This document shows, piece after piece, positions 51,885 to 63,137 of a stretch of DNA of 64,000 bases (position 1 is its first letter; each line of letters begins with the position of its first letter). The stretch is from Nemertoderma westbladi (taxonomy: Eukaryota > Animalia > Xenacoelomorpha). The notes under the pieces are model-generated. The model made no database searches. It had not been told where the DNA came from and saw only the letters and a list, made by a program, of their open reading frames with translations. Where the stretch lies: contig JAUCBJ010001300.1 in NCBI GenBank assembly GCA_032718475.1, forward strand, positions 1-64,000, written 5' to 3'. The position numbers and the translations under genes were made by a program.

Positions 51885-52792
51885 ATGGAAATTCACCAAT
51901 CCTTAATAAATCAGCTTGTTGTTGATAGTTTTAGTCATAATACCCAAAAGAAGTATATATCAGCATGGTATAAGTACAAACTATTCTGCAGAATCGCAGG
52001 AAAAGCACATACTCCTGTTTGTCAAAGAACTCTGGAAACATTTATTCTTATGTCTCACTATAGTGGTCTGCGGGCATCATCTATACGGATGTACCTTGCA
52101 GGTATAATGAGTACTTTAATGAACATAGAATGCTCATCAGATATAAATATGGGACGGCTACAACATATTATACGAGGATGCGAAAGAGCCAAGGAGCTCC
52201 ATCTGTTGCCCGGCCTATAATGGCAGCCGACCTACACTTATTAATGCAATCCTTACCACAATTTTACAACAACCGTTTGCTTGATATACAAATGATGAAG
52301 GCCATTTTTACAATGGCTTTCTTCGCTGGCATGAGAGTGTCAGAATATGTTAATTTGACAAGGTCTAATATCGAAATGTCAATTAATTGCATAATCATAA
52401 CTCTGGACCATTCAAAGACATCACGTTCAGCTCTAAAGTTTCCCATTGCTAAGGTGGGTGGACCATTGTGCCCACATAATCGCCTGAAGATATACCTACA
52501 GTTCAGAGATCAATGCGGCCCAAACATATCCCCACTTTTTATATGGTCAACAGGTGAATCAGTTCAAGCCCACCACATTAATGGTGTTTTACGTAAAATA
52601 ATGGGACAGGGTTACTCCAGCCATAGTTTTCGTTCTGGGATGGCCACCACTGCCTCCAAGGTTGGTATACCTCCAAACACTATAAAGAAATTAGGACGAT
52701 GGAGAAGTTCTTGCTACGAATCCTACATAAGGCCATCAGACTACGAACTCATAAATGCTCAACGCGTTATGGTATCTTCAATCAATAACTGA
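51885..52792 (+). CDS. Tyrosine recombinase (ORFs 51885-52220 and 52130-52792 joined by a -1 shift near 52183)
   Basis: N-terminal SAM-like NTQKKYISAWYKYKLFC and SIRMYLAGI. Catalytic FFAGMRVSE, HSKT, CP, HSFRSGMAT, LGRWRS, YESYIR. Adding one A to gaaag gives GCEKSQGAPSVARPI. Confidence 0.92.
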
Positions 52793-54035
52793 TACATGTT
52801 CACTGATCATGAACATAATATATGATTACTATTATTATTAGATATTATATATATCCTTTATTCGAAATTATATATAGTCATATATTATATCTTAATTTAC
52901 CTATACACAACAGCATGTATGTGTTGTATACGCATGAAAATATCGATTCTGAATTTATTCTATTAGAAACCAAAATCGCCATCTCAATTTGTAAGAATAA
53001 TAATAATTAATAGTGCCTCAATTTATTTTTTTTTTTTTTTCATGGTTGAAATAGGCATAGGAAGTGGTACTTGATCAGTGCGTTTCCGTATATCCACCTT
53101 CTGCCATTCTGATTGGGGGTTTCTTTGGGGGGTTGTTTTTTCCCTCTTCAGAATAGCAAACAGGATTACCTAACTAGGCTAGACTTCCCCAAACACGAAC
53201 GCGAGCAATTCGACAGACAATGGTGCATAACGACAACGTTTGCATTATATCACTATATATATGTATTTCCACAGGAGATCGCTGTAATACCCAATTGACA
53301 AAGGTAATTGGTTTTGCAGCGACATCCTATGTGACTATTTTCCCTTCCTTGGAGGGGTGTGTGTGTATTAGCATTTGCTCGGCAGGATTAACCAGACTCG
53401 TATATCAACCTGGACCAGAGCCATTTCCCCTCCCTTGGAGGTTGTGTATCAGCATATGGTCTATAGGAACAACCAGGTTTGTAAATCACTCTGGGCAGCA
53501 AAGCTCAAAGCCAGAATATCGTTGCTAAGGCAACGTCCTATCAGAGCTTCAAGGTCCAGGTAGGTTACTAGCAGTGTAAGTAATGGAGCTGACTGCTCAC
53601 CGTATATTGACAGATATTGGGTTCACTGAAACGTTCATTCCAACATTGCATAATACTACAAATATTATACTGACTTATTGTTTGTTAATATTTTCACCAA
53701 GGGAGAAATATTTGGATAGCATTCTAAAAAAAATTTTTTTTTACCCTCTTCCGGCCTTGCGATTGGCCGTAGATGAACGATCTTAGACAGCACGCGTTTT
53801 CTGGTCTTACCTAGTTTCCTATCTTGTCTGCCCACCTGGGGGGTTGTTTTTTCCCTCTTCAGAATAGCAAACAGGATTACCTAACTAGGCTAGACTTCCC
53901 CAAACACGAACGCGAGCAATTCGACAGACAATGGTGCATAACGACAACGTTTGCATTATATCACTATATATATGTATTTCCACAGGAGATCGCTGTAATC
54001 CTTGTTGTGAATTCGAAATATGAAGAAAAAACGTT

Positions 54036-54253
54036 AATCCCAAATTCCCTATTCCCAGATACCAAAAGGACGCGTTGTTCAACTGAGCCCCGTTAGCGGA
54101 AACAGCCAGTGCCGCTAGTCGGTGGGGTTGACTTGTTGACAAGAGGCTATTATGAGGCGTAATGAGATACGCATTGCGTATCTTCTTCAGTGAACCAATA
54201 ATGGCAGATCCCAAATTCCTTAATCCCAAATACCTTATTCCCAAATCCCAAAT
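54036..54253 (-). repeat. Inverted copy of the 38800-39040 repeat core with few GGGATTT units
   Basis: Reverse-complement similarity to 38800-39040. Confidence 0.85.
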
Positions 54254-54721
54254 AGGGGCCGTCCATAAATGACGTCACGCAGAGTAGGCTTGACTAGTAA
54301 GCTTAACTACACTAAACTACTAAACGGTCCCTAAACTACTGGCTTACTGGTAGGTACTGGCCTAGGTAGATACCGGTATCAGTTTGAAAGGCTACCACTC
54401 TGCCACTATCTGACTATGGATAACAACAAACTATTTAACAGTGGTTCGCCAAACATGTCCGCACTAGTCAATACTTCACTCAAGTTGTAAAATGTTTGGA
54501 CCCCAACTGTTGCTCAGCGCCACGCTCATGTTTATTTCAAGTGATTCCTTCCAGATTTATCCCTCCACCTATTCCAATATCACAAAGTGATATCTGAACC
54601 TGAACAATTTTCCGTCTCAACCCATAACTTTTTATCACTCTTTGTCAATCTAGCTTTGGGTACGACCATTTTGACGCTCCTACCTCGTCCTACAACCGCC
54701 TTCAAGGCTATTCCATACGAT

Positions 54722-54980
54722 TTGTATTGTAATATAATATTGGTTATTTATATAGCGCTTTTCTACGCTCAGCATACTCAAAGCGCTTTTATTATCATTA
54801 CCCCCAGCAAAGCCAGGTTCCCATTATACCGCTGGGTTGACGTAGGCACTAATGTCTAAAGTGTCTTGCCTAGGGACACCACAGTGCGAAATTTCTATAG
54901 CCTTTAGTCGGATTCGAACCTGCGCCACCAACACTATTGTGTAAGCAGTTCAGGCGCCATATCCACTCGGACACTGCGAC
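54722..54980 (-). mobile_element. Full-length tRNA-derived CORE-SINE with L2-type 3' tail
   Basis: Minus strand: A box TGTCCGAGTGG, B box GGTTCGAATCC, CORE-like GTGTCCCTAGGCAAGACACTT, tail AAGCGCTTTGAG...GAAAAGCGCTATATAAATA...TATTATATT. Confidence 0.85.
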
Positions 54981-55004
54981 ATTGTCCCTCAATAATATCA
55001 AAGC

Positions 55005-58000
55005 TTAGTGAACGCATCTGCGAAACGTGCAGCATTTATTTCGCATCGAAGGTTTTGTTAAAACAACATATTCATGTCCATGGAGGAGCGGAACTACTAC
55101 TACTAGTATCGGCATGCTGCATGCATTAGTTAGGAAGTTTTCCCTCGGTTCTCCGGTTCTTGGTGATATTATATCCTGGGGGTGTTGTTGTTTCAGACCT
55201 GATATGCTAGCTACTGAACCTGGATGGAAGCTATTTATCGCTGCTCGAACTGAGGCTACCAAGATGTGGATTGGATCAATGGTGTTGGTCTCAGGGAAAG
55301 GCTCGCCGATCTGGAGGGCATGATGGATGTTTACTAAACATTTTACAGATAGGGGGGGGGGGACTGGACACACAGTCATACTGGTGTGCAGGTACCGGTA
55401 TAGGCCTATCCACTTCTTGCCTATCTACCGGTATGTATGCCGCGACTTCCGGGTTTAATCCCGTTGTCCGCGCTACCCTATCGCCTACACTATCTCTCCC
55501 AGCATGGCCTATAGTATGTGCAGTAAGGCCTACAGTATGTCCTGCAGTCTGCCTGTGTCCTTCCAGACCGAAGTTTAGTCTTCTCGAATATTCCAAGAAG
55601 TCCTCCCCGCGACTACCATATTCTCGAATGGCCCCTACGTTCCGTCGGGAAGATTCTCTTCGATCCCCTCTTCTGTCTTCATCTTCGTACATCCTGTACC
55701 CTTCTCCCGGTGTGTGGTATATCTCACCAGGTTATGTTTCTCCAGGGCGATGGCAATCTCCCGGAGTATGACCCCACCGGCTCTCTGACTCCATCTCGAC
55801 TACTGACTGCTCACTGTCCGTCCTTCCTCTCTGGTTGCTCGTGGCAATGCTCCTTTGATTCTCCTCACTTCGTCTCGCTTCAGTGTAGTGTTCCTCCTCG
55901 TGAGATCTCGCTTCGACCTCCCAGATAAACTCCACTGTTCTTCTTCCATCTTCCGACTGGGCTCGACGTTTTCTCGCTCGCCCGCTCACAGCACCAATGT
56001 CTCTCTCTCTGCCCAGCTGGACAGCCCCGGGGATATTCGCAATCCCCCTACTATTCTCTGTCATCGGGTGCCACGGTTCACCTAACTCGCCGCGCGCATT
56101 GTCCACCGACGCTTGTGGGACATTTTCTGGGTTTGTTCACCCCCGCTTCTCGCTGCGCAACTGCGTGGCCTTGCAGGCTCTCATTGGGTTAACTCACCCC
56201 CGCTTCTCCCTGTGCAACTGTGTGGCCTTGCAGGCTCTCGTTGGGTTGACTCACCCCCGCTCCTCCCTGTGCAACTGCATGGCCTTGCAGGCTCTCATTG
56301 TTCCCCCTATGTTTGTATTAATTGCACCGTTATTAATTTCGCCTTGATTTGTCACACCATTATCAATAATATTATTTTGATTAATTTCTTCAGGGTTATT
56401 TAACGCATTAATGTTACCTAAATTATTTAAATTATTTTGCTTGAGATTATTTGTATTATTTAGATTATTTTGCACATTTAAATTAGGGTTATTGTTGTAA
56501 AATAATAATTCCTGCAAGAAAGGTTTGATTAGGATTGTCTATTACGGTACTATTAATATTAACTCCCTCTAACGTATTATTATTATTACCCCCCCCCCCC
56601 CCATCCCCCCCCCCCCCGCCCGTACGGTTACAACAGTCCTGGGTCTGTCGTCCGGTACCTGTAAGTGGGGCATTAACAAAGGTTTCCATTACCTCTGGTT
56701 CTTCATAAATACTACCCGAACCAGCCTCACTCTCCGATAATCCCATTTTTGCCAGTTCTAATCAGCCCTTTTGCTTCGCTCAATACTGCATCAACCCCCT
56801 CAGCCGGGTATGCATATCATCCCGCATCCGTTTACCTGCTCTCTCTCTCTCTATCTGTCCTCCCTCATACTCTGGTTGGCTAATTCTATCTCCCTCGCCT
56901 CCCGCTCTCTACGCTCGTTCACCTCTCTTGCCTCCAGCTCCTTGCGCTTGTTCACCTCTCTTGCCTCCCGCTCCTTGCGCTCGTTTTCTACTCTCGCCTC
57001 CCGCTCCTTGTGCTCTTTACGCTCACTCATCTCTGTCTCCTCGCGCTCCCTATAGTTTCTCGCCACCCTCTCGGCCCTCTCTTTACACTCTCTCGCTAAT
57101 TCCCTCTCCCTCTCTAATAGCGCAGTTCCCTCATCTAACTGCCTCTCCAGTTCCTTTTGATCCAGCACCACAATGTCTAGTTGACACGCCAGAACTATCT
57201 CTAACACCCTTCTCTTGCTTTCGTGGAGGATGTAGTGGACTTACCGGTCACGACGGACTCCCGTCGCCTCTCTCTCCTACTAATTTTCCCCCATTTACTG
57301 GGGTTCCTACTAACCAATGACACCGAATCCTCGGGGTTAACCTCGGATTCGCCGTCGTGCGGGTCCGCCCATCCCACTAACTTAATTCCCCTGGCATCCT
57401 CTAGGTAAGGCCCTACGTACACTACATCTGGTTCCATTACCTCGGACCGCCACAATTCAAACAGTTCTGTGGCGACCCCCCTCGCTCTCTCATTCGCCAG
57501 TTCTCCCTGTCCAAAATGGACTAAGTAACGAAAATGTTTATTCGACTCACCTAGCCTCTGGTATAGTTTAGGCTGGTCTACCTTTCTCCCCTCCTTAGCC
57601 TCTTTTAGTAGTTTCTTCGTGGCGTTGTACGCCTGTTGTAGGCGATCACTCGTCCTGATGTCCTCCTCGTTGACTCTACCTTCCCTCCTCATCCGGCGTC
57701 GTACCGATGGCCCCACCGTCGCCGTTCCGGTGGGCCGTCCGTCGCCCTCGGCCTGTGACTGGCCGGTGACTTCGGTACTCCGACCGCCGTCATTGTCTTG
57801 CATCGACTCATCATTGTCTTTCCCTCCTCGTTGTTGTCGGCCGCCCTCCGCTTGGGTATTCGGATCGTCCCTCATTGGCGAATCCGGGGTGGCAGGCCAG
57901 TATCGTCTCGTCTCGGCCTCTCGGATTGTTTGGTTGGTGTCGTCCGGGGTTCGCGGCGGCGTTCTTTCACCCTCCTACTCTCGGGGTGTTTGTCCGCTCA

Positions 58001-58200
58001 TCTTTGGGCTTTCTGGTTCTGGTCACAGTTTTAGTTGTCGGTTTAGTTTAGACTTCTCGGCTAGTTTCAACTGTGACGGGATTGAGTTAAATGATCCTGA
58101 CTGGGTTAGGTTGTACGCGTCACTTTGCTGCTGGGCTGCTGAACTAATATCTTTGGCCAAAGGCCGTCGGGAAAATAACAGAGTTTGTGTTTCTCGTTGT
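55005..58200 (-). pseudogene. Fragmented gag-like ORF series, probably the N-terminal part of a BEL/Pao-type element
   Basis: Overlapping minus-strand ORFs broken by frameshifts. EVNPEDSVSLVS...SVVTGKSTTSSTKAR followed by an E/R coiled coil resembles BEL/Pao Gag N-termini. Asn-rich tract; 57-bp x3 repeat at 56137-56300. No zinc knuckle or pol seen. Confidence 0.45.
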
Positions 58201-59700
58201 TAATGTTCCAATGATAATAGCACAGTATGTATAACAGATAATAGTAGAAATTGCATTACAGAATGATAACAGCCGGTCTGCAACTGTGTGATTAATGAAC
58301 TGACCGGTACACCAGTAATCAGGATAACTATATGATTGATACACATAGATATTGGTTTCACCTCTACTCTACTTTGGCCTTCGCTACCCAATGGATGCTT
58401 TCCTATCTTTCCCCACGTGCTCCCCTGCCCGCTATTGGCTTATATACTAATTGTCACTTTGGCACTCCCTGTAGGTGTTACCCCCAGCCGCTAGCCTCAA
58501 CTAGCCGGGCTCTCCCTCCGAGGCGGTATGACCTCTCACCTCTCTCTGTGGCTTAGGGCGTGCGTCGCCCCCCCCCCCCCCCCCCCGAGTTGGTTATGAG
58601 GCGAGATTATTATTGGTAATCTCGTATTGGTAAAAATGCCACTGGTTCCATTTTAGGTGGAGATGAAGGGAATTGAATCCGCTTACATTAACATCTCTTA
58701 ATTCATTGATTAACTGATCTGGGGTCAGTTTCATAAAACAACCTTAGCTAAGGTGCATCTTAAGTCATAAGTGTTGCCTTAAATATCAACACCCATGCTT
58801 ACTATAACTTAGTGCTACCTTAGAAACTTAAGGTAGTCCGCCACAATTTACTTAAATACTGAACTTTAGGTCAGCCTGTTTGTAAGTCTCACCTTTTAAA
58901 TATTTAATGTAATCAATGCTGAAAGTTCACCTTAACTAGATTCGGGTCATACTTTACTAAGTGCCTCATTAAGTTCGGTTGCATAAATTTTTTATGGTCC
59001 CACTTTAGCTAAGTTCAACTTATCTAATAATTTATCATTTGTGGCATTCCTTCAATTCATGCAGTACATAACGTTTCGTTTAATTATTTCAGTTTATAAC
59101 AACTGTATGGCTTTTAAGTGACTCCGTCCACAACCTACAATAAATTATTATTAATTAAGCTAAATAATGAATGTTTTAAACGAATGAAAAGCCCGGGATG
59201 CCATCTGGACCCATGTTTGACTTAAGGTTTTTAGTTTGGCTGAATCGCATCTTATGGACTTCAACAAATTCTACAAAATTCAACAAATAAACTATTTTTG
59301 ATATAATCCTTCTGAAGTGGTAATAAAATTGTTATCTGTCTTTTACCTGAGAACACAAGCAATGAAAAATGTCTACAGACTGTATAGGGATAATTATAGG
59401 CCTACAGTACTGTAGGCAGGGGCCGGACCATTTGAAGAATACCAGGATTTCACTTTTTGGTCGACTTTTTATTGGAATTTTATATGTGAAGATTTTTATT
59501 TTTTTTAATATATCTTTATTAAGTGTTTTATAGCGCTTATTTATGTCTTATATCTTGTACATATACTAATTCGTGTATTGTTTTGGTTAGATTCTGACCA
59601 TCTGTAACCTGTGTTTTTTGTGAAAACCTGGTATTCTTCACATAGGGCTAACTGCAAAGTGAAATATAACGGCAGAAAGTCTGGTATTCTTTACATGGGC

Positions 59701-60935
59701 TGTAAAAGCTTTTGTGGGATAACTGATTCGTTTGCCTTGCTGGCCAGTTCCCCCCCGGTCGCTAGAATACTCTAAAAGGGATCTATAGCTAAAATAGTGC
59801 AAGCTACCAGCTTATTGGCTGATGGGCTGTACGAAGGTATCTGGGTTCTGTTCGATCGGCCAACCAGCTTAGGGAGGTTGCCTCAGCCCTGCTGTCCGTA
59901 TCGGCCAATAGAATTTGAGTGGGCGTTGATTTTGACCTATCCCAGAGCTACTGAACTGAATTTCCTATCTGTATGCTCATCCTCTGTGTTGGACGGGAGC
60001 TTCGGGGAATAAGGGTAGTTGGTATCCTCGTATAGTTATTCTAGTCATATGATTCTTCATATGATTCTGTTGTTGTGTTCCCATTTTTCGCCATAACACC
60101 GGCTTTTGGGAAGAACTCTAGTAAAACTGCTTAAATTATCGAAAGTATAACTGTTATCTTATCCGATCTAACTAACTCACTGGTAATCATATTATTCTCC
60201 CGAACTTTACTTATTAATTATATTGTTTGTACTGTTATTTACCGTCAGTTATTAATTGTATCTATTTGTTGAGGAAATATTGCCCTTTGGAGAATACGGA
60301 TAAATCACCCAAAATTCCCAATTTTCTTGATACACTACAGGTTAGAGAGACAGGCTATACATAACAATTGCGATTTATATTAATGTGGTGTGTATTGAAT
60401 CTAATGTTATTTAGCAGACCCTACATGAGTCAATTGCTGCTCTCTTTATGTGTGATCAAATTTACTGACGGTCGGCAGAATAGTGTGCATGATTGTGATT
60501 GGTAACAAAGCATTTCCTAAAGAATGCGCCTTATACTTTAATCATAAGCGGTATCGTTGCGTTTAGTATAAGTCCTAGTTCTGTTTAAATAGATAGAGCG
60601 CCACGTCCTAAAGGAACTGTTAATATTTCCCGAAAGCCAATAATATCTGTCAGAAATTAATTATTAACGATCAATCGAATAATACAGTAAGTTTACACTG
60701 CAACCTTACACTGCAATAATAAAATTTAAGCAGCCGAATTCAGCCTCCCGGGTGTAGATCCATCGGGTGAATGATCGCGCATGGGCTGGCTTCGGTTAAT
60801 GTTTTGTTTATTAGCATAAAATATTGTCGTATGCTAAAGGTGTTTTAATTAACTAAAAGACATATAAATTTTGGCAGGTTAAACTGCTAAAGGTCTTCAA
60901 AAGCGCGAACAATAACAGTTAACGATCTTATTGCA
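59701..60935 (+). mobile_element. LTR-like repeat (~1.24 kb, TGTAA...TTGCA), probably the 5' LTR of an element running off the window
   Basis: Homologous to 5135-6350. Followed by a 2.2-kb leader with internal repeats and then a long ORF. Confidence 0.7.
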
Positions 60936-60977
60936 GTAGGCAATAAGGTTGCAAAATACCGTAGTGACCGGTAAACC

Positions 60978-61860
60978 TGAACCGGTACTTCTGTAGGTCA
61001 GTAGGCCCAACTGCCAGAACCGGTACTGCTGTAGGTCCGTAGGTCCAACTGCCAGAACCGGTACTTCTGTAGGTCTGTAGGCCCAACTGTCCTAACCGGT
61101 ACTGCTGTATAAGTACATTAGTATTATTCGATTTGATTATTGTATACCGGTAGGTCTTGGTACTTAATCAGGGAACGGCCGCCCTGATTTTTATTTGAGA
61201 TTCTACTTATTTCTGTCGGTTTTATTTACTAGTAGGCTAATATTGAGCAGAAGGCGTGTGACCCTGCTCAGATTGTTCAGATAATTGTAGGCTGAGCTGC
61301 TGTCTGACTGTTGTTGGGTTTGGAGAGATTACGGCGTGTGTAGAGTTTGTCTGATAAAGTGCCGTTAGTAAGTTGGGGCAGCCATATGCTGTAAGGTCAA
61401 TCCCCTCTTAAAGAATAAGTCGTACTACCGTGTTAGAACGCATACTAACTAACTGTTTCAGAATCTGCATATACTGTAGTTTATTTAGGCTTGATCGTAG
61501 TCTGCCAGTGTTTTAGCCTGTGTTTGTTTGTGTGGTCTGTTCAGGTACCGTAATAGTTATTACTCAGATATTTTGTAGGCTGGATTGTTGTCTAGCTATT
61601 ATTAGGTCTGAAGAGATTGCTGTGTGTGTGGAGTTTGTCTGATAAAGTGCTGTTAGTAAGTTGGGGCAGCCATATGCTGTAAGGTCAATCCCCTCTTAAA
61701 GAATAAGTCGTACTACCGTGTTAGAACGCATACTAACTAACCATTTCAGAATCTACACGTACGGTAGTTTATTTAGGCTTGGTGGTAGTCTGCCAGCGTT
61801 TGGTTTGTATTTTGTTTGAGTATTCTGTACGGGTAGCGTAATATTTATTATTCAGAGTTT
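60978..61860 (+). repeat. Leader repeats: 39-bp unit x3 (60978-61108) and ~290-bp duplication (~61290-61570, ~61580-61860)
   Basis: GAACCGGTACT.CTGTAGGTC.GTAGG.CCAACTGCCA repeats. GAGTTTGTCTGATAAAGTGC...TAGAACGCATACTAACTAAC occurs twice. Confidence 0.85.
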
Positions 61861-63137
61861 ATGCGATTATTCGCAACATTCATGTCCCCAAGTTTATTCC
61901 TACAGTAATTGTGCTTGTTATACATACCGTTATAGTTAAATTAACCCCGGTACTACACGGGCTGCTTGGCGTAGGACAAGACTGGTGACTTTGTGCTCTG
62001 GTCACTCCAGCAGATGCCGTGGTTCTTTTAACTGTTCAAGTATATTTAACTACTGATTATTTGTTATACCGGTACTTGTACCTAATTTAGGGTTTAGTGT
62101 ACAGTGCTTTCCGAAGTAATTAGTGTGTAGGCAGTATATTTGTGTTGTAAAGTGGTTGATAGGCACATTCGTTAGCTCTATTAACTTCTGGGTAGGAACA
62201 ATCCGTGATACATAACGTAGTACCTATAGCGATACGGTTATAGGTCGTCAGGCGGTGGTATTTTCCTATCTGGACAGTGCAATATATTTACTACTACTTA
62301 TTATTTCAAATACCGTAGTACCCTGTCCGTTGTAATAACCAGAAATCTAACCCTTTGTTAGGCTGGTTTGTAGACTTCCTGTAAAATTACCCTAAAAATT
62401 TCGTACGTAATATTTTTGTTGTGTTTAATTAGAGAATTAATCTCACCCATATCGTAAGTAATTTGTAGTATTAAGTAACTTAAGTAAATTAGAATTATCA
62501 GTTTTAGTGTCTCAATAAGTAACACTTCACTGAGAGCGCACAGCTTCTGTGTAGTGACTCCCCCAGAAATAATAACATTTATTTCAAATATTGACAAAAC
62601 CCATTTAAACGGGTATATATCTATTATAAATCAACTCAAACGATTTATAAATAGTAGGCCTGCCATACAACAACTAGGTCTCAATATCAGTTGGACTACT
62701 GCTTAAATAACGGTAATAAAGTAAGTTAAAGTAACCAAGTAACCCTAAAATATTCAGAAATTCAATTATTCTAAAATAATTGACATACCGGTATTTACCA
62801 TAGGCTTATTATATTTATTTCTATAAATTTGAGCTGAAATCATACCGGTACTCTGTAATTAATTCTAGTTCATAATTATACTTATATATACTATAAGTGT
62901 AAGCTGTATACCGGTATTCACGATAGGCCTATTATATATTTATATATATTTGTGCTAAATTTATATACCGGTACTCTGTGACAAACCTAGTTTACAATAC
63001 TTATATATATTATAAGTGCATACCGGTATTCTAATATACTGCAATAAATTACCGGTACTAGGCCAGCGGTCATACTGAATTACTAGACTTGCTTTAACTG
63101 AAACTATAGTAGTAGACATTCAACTGTATAGCTAAAC

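Larger units (their letters stand above)
46402..53999 (+). mobile_element. Tyrosine-recombinase (DIRS-order, Ngaro/PAT-like) retrotransposon with split direct repeats A1...B1-A2-B2
   Basis: A1 46402-46856 matches A2 53285-53742. B1 53126-53288 matches B2 53837-53999 (163 bp). RT, RNaseH, Gag and YR ORFs lie inside. TAAT occurs at both outer ends and at the B1/A2 junction. Confidence 0.93.

Noticed and set aside
49500-52200. Programmed ribosomal frameshifts in the RT/RH, gag and YR ORFs
   Set aside because: The RT/RH and YR breaks fall within continuous coding domains at homopolymer runs with no canonical slippery heptamer. Indel error or mutation is more parsimonious.
46492-54096. Short ORFs within the A and B repeats (46492-46978, 53113-54096)
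   Set aside because: They are duplicated only because the repeats are duplicated, and show no protein motifs.
54890-54980. tRNA gene
   Set aside because: A and B boxes are present but continue into CORE and L2-tail sequence with no proper acceptor stem; it is a SINE head.
5135-60935. The two LTR-like copies as ends of one 56-kb element
   Set aside because: They are clearly diverged, host genes lie between them, the first follows a PPT (3' LTR-like) and the second precedes a leader and ORF (5' LTR-like).
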